Positions 60,868 through 64,000 of a stretch of 64,000 nt of DNA are shown piece by piece. A model generated the notes under the pieces. The model ran no database searches. It was not told the origin of the DNA and was given only the letters and a program-made list of their open reading frames with translations. Source of the stretch: Candidatus Sulfomarinibacteraceae bacterium (GTDB lineage Bacteria; Acidobacteriota; Thermoanaerobaculia; Thermoanaerobaculales; Sulfomarinibacteraceae); contig CAWCLO010000001.1 of assembly GCA_963796455.1 (NCBI GenBank), positions 256,001 to 320,000 of the forward strand. The letters are read 5' to 3'. Every line of letters begins with the position of its first letter. Position 1 is the first letter of the stretch. The position numbers and the translations under genes were made by a program.

Positions 60868-62871
60868 ATGAAGATTCCGGCGCTTCGGCTGGCGTGGATT
60901 GCGGCCCTCGGAGCGATCGCCACGGCGGCCCCGAATCCGGCTGAGGCAAACGCTACCGCGACGGTTTTTGGCAACTACCACGCCGCAGGAGTGATCGTGA
61001 CCATCGATGCCTCGGACGACCCCGACGGCGACCTCGAGGTCTCGCTCAGCTATCGGAAAGGCACCGAAGAATTCTCCGCTGGTCTCCCGCTCACCCGAAC
61101 CCGCGACACACAGTTGGTGGGAAGTCTTTTCGAACTGATTCCCGCCACCAGGTACGACGTCAGGCTCACCTTTTCCGACCCGGACGGGGGACCGCTTGAC
61201 AGCCTGGTCATCACGACTTTCGGTACCACCCGTTCCGAACCGGTCACACCATCGACCCCATGGCATCGATGGGTCAGCCCCGACGGCACCGGCACCTCGT
61301 GCACCGAGTCCAGTCCCTGCACACTCGCTTATGGGATTTCCGTGGCCACCGTCGGTTGGGACGTGCTCCTCAAAAGCGGCACCTACCGGGTCGGTGAAAT
61401 CTCGCTGCCACGGTCGGGAACCGCCGAAGAACCGATCGTGATCCGTAACGCGCCGTCCTCATCCCCTGTTCTCGACGGTGCCGATCCCCAGGATTTCGTC
61501 TGGGTGCACGACGGTAGCGGGGTGTACTCCACAACCGTCAACGCCCCGGATACCCACCTCGTGACCGTCGATGGGAAACGCCTCTATCCCTATCAGAGCC
61601 TCGCCGATCTGCAGAATCTCCGCTGGGGGCATTCAGGTTTCTATGTCGACGGGACGTCGCTTCGCCTCCATCTCGAGAATGATCTCGATCCCAATCCTCG
61701 AGAGGTCGCGGTCTCCAGATTCAACTTTGCATTGCGGCTCGATGGGGTGGATCACATCCACATCGTCGGACTGCGATTCCGCAACTATGGCCAGGGCTCC
61801 TATGCCAAGGCGATCTATCTCGATGGTGCCAGCGACAATCTGATCCGGGACTGTCAATTCGAGTTCAACGACCTCGGGATCGGCCTCAAACGGGCCGCCC
61901 ACCGCAACCTCATCGAAAACAACGAGTTCTCCGACTCCACCTTCGACTTCTTGTGGGAAGCGGTCAAGGACGGATCCGGTCTCGAGACCGGTGGTGTCCG
62001 GATCTACGACTCCAACCCCTCGGGGCGGGGAACGGTGATTCGGCGCAACTATTTCACCGACTTTTTCGATGGTTTCGGGGTCTGTCCCGGCACCGACACC
62101 GGAATCACCATCGAAACCGACGTGCACGACAACACCATCATGAATATGGGCGACGACGGTTTTGAAACCGATGGATACTGTTCGAATCTCAGGATCTGGG
62201 ACAACTTCATCCGAGAGGTTCTGGTGGGTATCTCTCTGGCGCCCGTCTACCGGGGCCCGGTCTTTGCTCTCCGCAACCTCATATTCGACACTGGGGCCGG
62301 CACCTCTCAAGCCGGTTACGGCGGGATGTGTTTCAAGTTCAACAGCGGCTTCGGTGAGTCAGGAGCCATCTTCCTTTTTCACAACACCTGCGTGGCCAAC
62401 CGACCCAACACCGACGCACTGACCATTAAAAGCCCGGGCAGCTGGCAAAAAATAACCACCCGCAACAACATTTGGTGGGCCACCCGCTACGCGCTGTCCA
62501 ACGCCAACCCCCTCGAGCCCCTGGATCTGGACTGGGACAATCTGTACTCGACGCTGGAAAACGAATTGGCGTGGTGGGATGATCTGCCCGACCGACACCT
62601 GAACAAACTGGCCGAGATCCAATCTGTCGTCGGACACGAGTGGAACGGTCTCCAACTCGACCCTCTCTTCGAGGACGCCGGAGTCGGCGACTATCGCCTC
62701 ATGGAAGCGAGCCCTCTCAACGACGTCGGTGTGGTCTTACCGGGCATCAACGACAGCTACCTGGGAATCGCCCCTGATCTCGGAGCCTTCGAACGTGACT
62801 TTTCGCTCTTTGCCGACGGATTCGATACGGGCGACACATCGAGATGGTCGTCGGCTGTGACAGCGGACTGA
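60868..62871 (+). CDS. Secreted right-handed beta-helix (pectin lyase-like) protein
   Basis: Signal peptide; WVSPDG..PC, LKSGTY, NLIENNEF, DDGFETDG, APDLGAFE; C-terminal LFADGFDTGDTSRW. Confidence 0.85.
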   Translation: MKIPALRLAWIAALGAIATAAPNPAEANATATVFGNYHAAGVIVTIDASDDPDGDLEVSLSYRKGTEEFSAGLPLTRTRDTQLVGSLFELIPATRYDVRLTFSDPDGGPLDSLVITTFGTTRSEPVTPSTPWHRWVSPDGTGTSCTESSPCTLAYGISVATVGWDVLLKSGTYRVGEISLPRSGTAEEPIVIRNAPSSSPVLDGADPQDFVWVHDGSGVYSTTVNAPDTHLVTVDGKRLYPYQSLADLQNLRWGHSGFYVDGTSLRLHLENDLDPNPREVAVSRFNFALRLDGVDHIHIVGLRFRNYGQGSYAKAIYLDGASDNLIRDCQFEFNDLGIGLKRAAHRNLIENNEFSDSTFDFLWEAVKDGSGLETGGVRIYDSNPSGRGTVIRRNYFTDFFDGFGVCPGTDTGITIETDVHDNTIMNMGDDGFETDGYCSNLRIWDNFIREVLVGISLAPVYRGPVFALRNLIFDTGAGTSQAGYGGMCFKFNSGFGESGAIFLFHNTCVANRPNTDALTIKSPGSWQKITTRNNIWWATRYALSNANPLEPLDLDWDNLYSTLENELAWWDDLPDRHLNKLAEIQSVVGHEWNGLQLDPLFEDAGVGDYRLMEASPLNDVGVVLPGINDSYLGIAPDLGAFERDFSLFADGFDTGDTSRWSSAVTAD

Positions 62872-62915
62872 TCCCCCGGTTATACTCGCCAATCATCGTC
62901 ACCTGGGAGTCTGTT

Positions 62916-63581
62916 ATGCCGTCTCGAAAACAGCGCTGTTGGCAACCCGTGGTGTTTCCCGCATCCTTCATCCTGGTCCTGCTCACCGGTTGCTCAACCG
63001 CATATTATTCCGCCTGGGAGATGATGGGCAAAGAAAAACGCGATCTGCTGCGCTCGAACGTCGAGTCGGTCAAATCCGAACAGGAAAAGGCTGCCGATGA
63101 ATTCGAAGATGCCCTCACCCGTCTTCGCCGTCTCTATGAGGTTGACGGAGGCGAACTCGAAAAGACATACGACAAGCTCAAAGACGATTACGAGGACGCC
63201 CAGGGACGAGCGGAAGACGTGCGCGATCGAATCGAAAAAATCGATTCGATCGCCGACGACCTTTTTGAGGAATGGGAGGTCGAGATCGAAGAGATCACGA
63301 ATCCCAGTTACCGCACCAAGAGCCGGCAAAAACTCGATGAGACAAAGAAGAAATACAGCAATCTCGAAGCATCCCTGCACCGATCCGAGGCCAGCATGGA
63401 TCCGGTCCTGACCCACCTCAAAGACAGCGTCCTGTTTCTCAAACACAACCTCAACGCCGCGGCGATCGGCGGTCTGGGATCGGAGATGGAGACCATCGAG
63501 GCCGACATCGAAAAGTTGATCTCCGAAATGCGCACCTCGATTGCAGAGGCCGATGAATTCCTCCGCGCGATGCCCGACTGA
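62916..63581 (+). CDS. DUF2959-like lipoprotein
   Basis: Lipobox LTGC; AYYSAWEMMGKEKRD, LFEEWE, LFLKHNLNAAAI. Confidence 0.8.
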   Translation: MPSRKQRCWQPVVFPASFILVLLTGCSTAYYSAWEMMGKEKRDLLRSNVESVKSEQEKAADEFEDALTRLRRLYEVDGGELEKTYDKLKDDYEDAQGRAEDVRDRIEKIDSIADDLFEEWEVEIEEITNPSYRTKSRQKLDETKKKYSNLEASLHRSEASMDPVLTHLKDSVLFLKHNLNAAAIGGLGSEMETIEADIEKLISEMRTSIAEADEFLRAMPD

Positions 63582-63603
63582 AGGGTTGCGTTACCATCTT
63601 GAG

Positions 63604-64000
63604 GTGAAGATCTTTCGAACCCTATTTCTCTGCTTCGCCTGTCTCGTCCTGCCCCTTGCAGCGGCGGCCCAGGGAACACAGACCAGCCCGCCCGCCACAC
63701 CGCCATCAGCGCCTCCTCCGCCGCCGCCCGAGTACAAATGGTTTGCGGGAGGCGCGGTCGGTCTCGCCTTTGGAAATCAGGTGAACTACCTCGAGTTGTC
63801 GCCCATCATCGGCTACCAGCTGTTCCCGAAATTTCAGATCGGTGCGTCGATCACTTTTCGATACAGCAAGGACAAACGATACGAACCCGATCTTTCGACC
63901 ACGGACTTCGGTGCATCCCTGGTGGGCAGGTATTTTGTCTTCGGACCGATTTTTGTCCAGGCGGAGTTCGAGCGCATACGATTCGAGTACCCAGTTCGAA
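63604..64000 (+). CDS. Outer-membrane beta-barrel-like protein, N-terminal part (runs off window end)
   Basis: Manual translation MKIFRTLFLCFACLVLPLAAAAQ..WFAGGAVGLAFG..LELSPIIGYQL..GASLVGRYF, alternating beta-strand pattern. Confidence 0.7.
   Translation, partial: MKIFRTLFLCFACLVLPLAAAAQGTQTSPPATPPSAPPPPPPEYKWFAGGAVGLAFGNQVNYLELSPIIGYQLFPKFQIGASITFRYSKDKRYEPDLSTTDFGASLVGRYFVFGPIFVQAEFERIRFEYPVR

Overview
A GC-rich 64-kb bacterial chromosomal segment. It is probably from Acidobacteriota (Thermoanaerobaculia-like); this is inferred from the acidobacterial-type VWA protein and the C-terminal tags on secreted proteins. Housekeeping genes include phnDCE-type transport, xth, mutM, hbd-ackA, coaX, an M16 peptidase pair, sucCD, addAB and sppA. 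The last third is rich in secreted and surface proteins and has a local cluster of frameshifts. No rRNA, tRNA, CRISPR array, transposase, integrase or reverse transcriptase was seen. The most unusual content is intergenic. (1) An ~0.8-kb unit carries only a four-helix-bundle (23S-IVS/bAvd-like) gene behind a ~140-nt hairpin that buries its RBS, inside inverted CAGCGA-type repeat arms. It occurs twice with the gene (191-1014, 7418-8104) and once as an ORF-less, internally deleted derivative that keeps both ends (36374-36738). (2) Many intergenic regions are mosaics of shared modules (6-10-nt tandem arrays, conserved linkers, REP-like palindromes), with G-rich arrays at the left edge and C-rich arrays at the right edge. 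Other highlights: a Fur-headed operon encoding a MauG/MbnH-like diheme enzyme, a Tat metallophosphoesterase with a WxW motif and a SoxA/TsdA-like cytochrome; two candidate protein sorting tags; and several apparently leaderless promoters.
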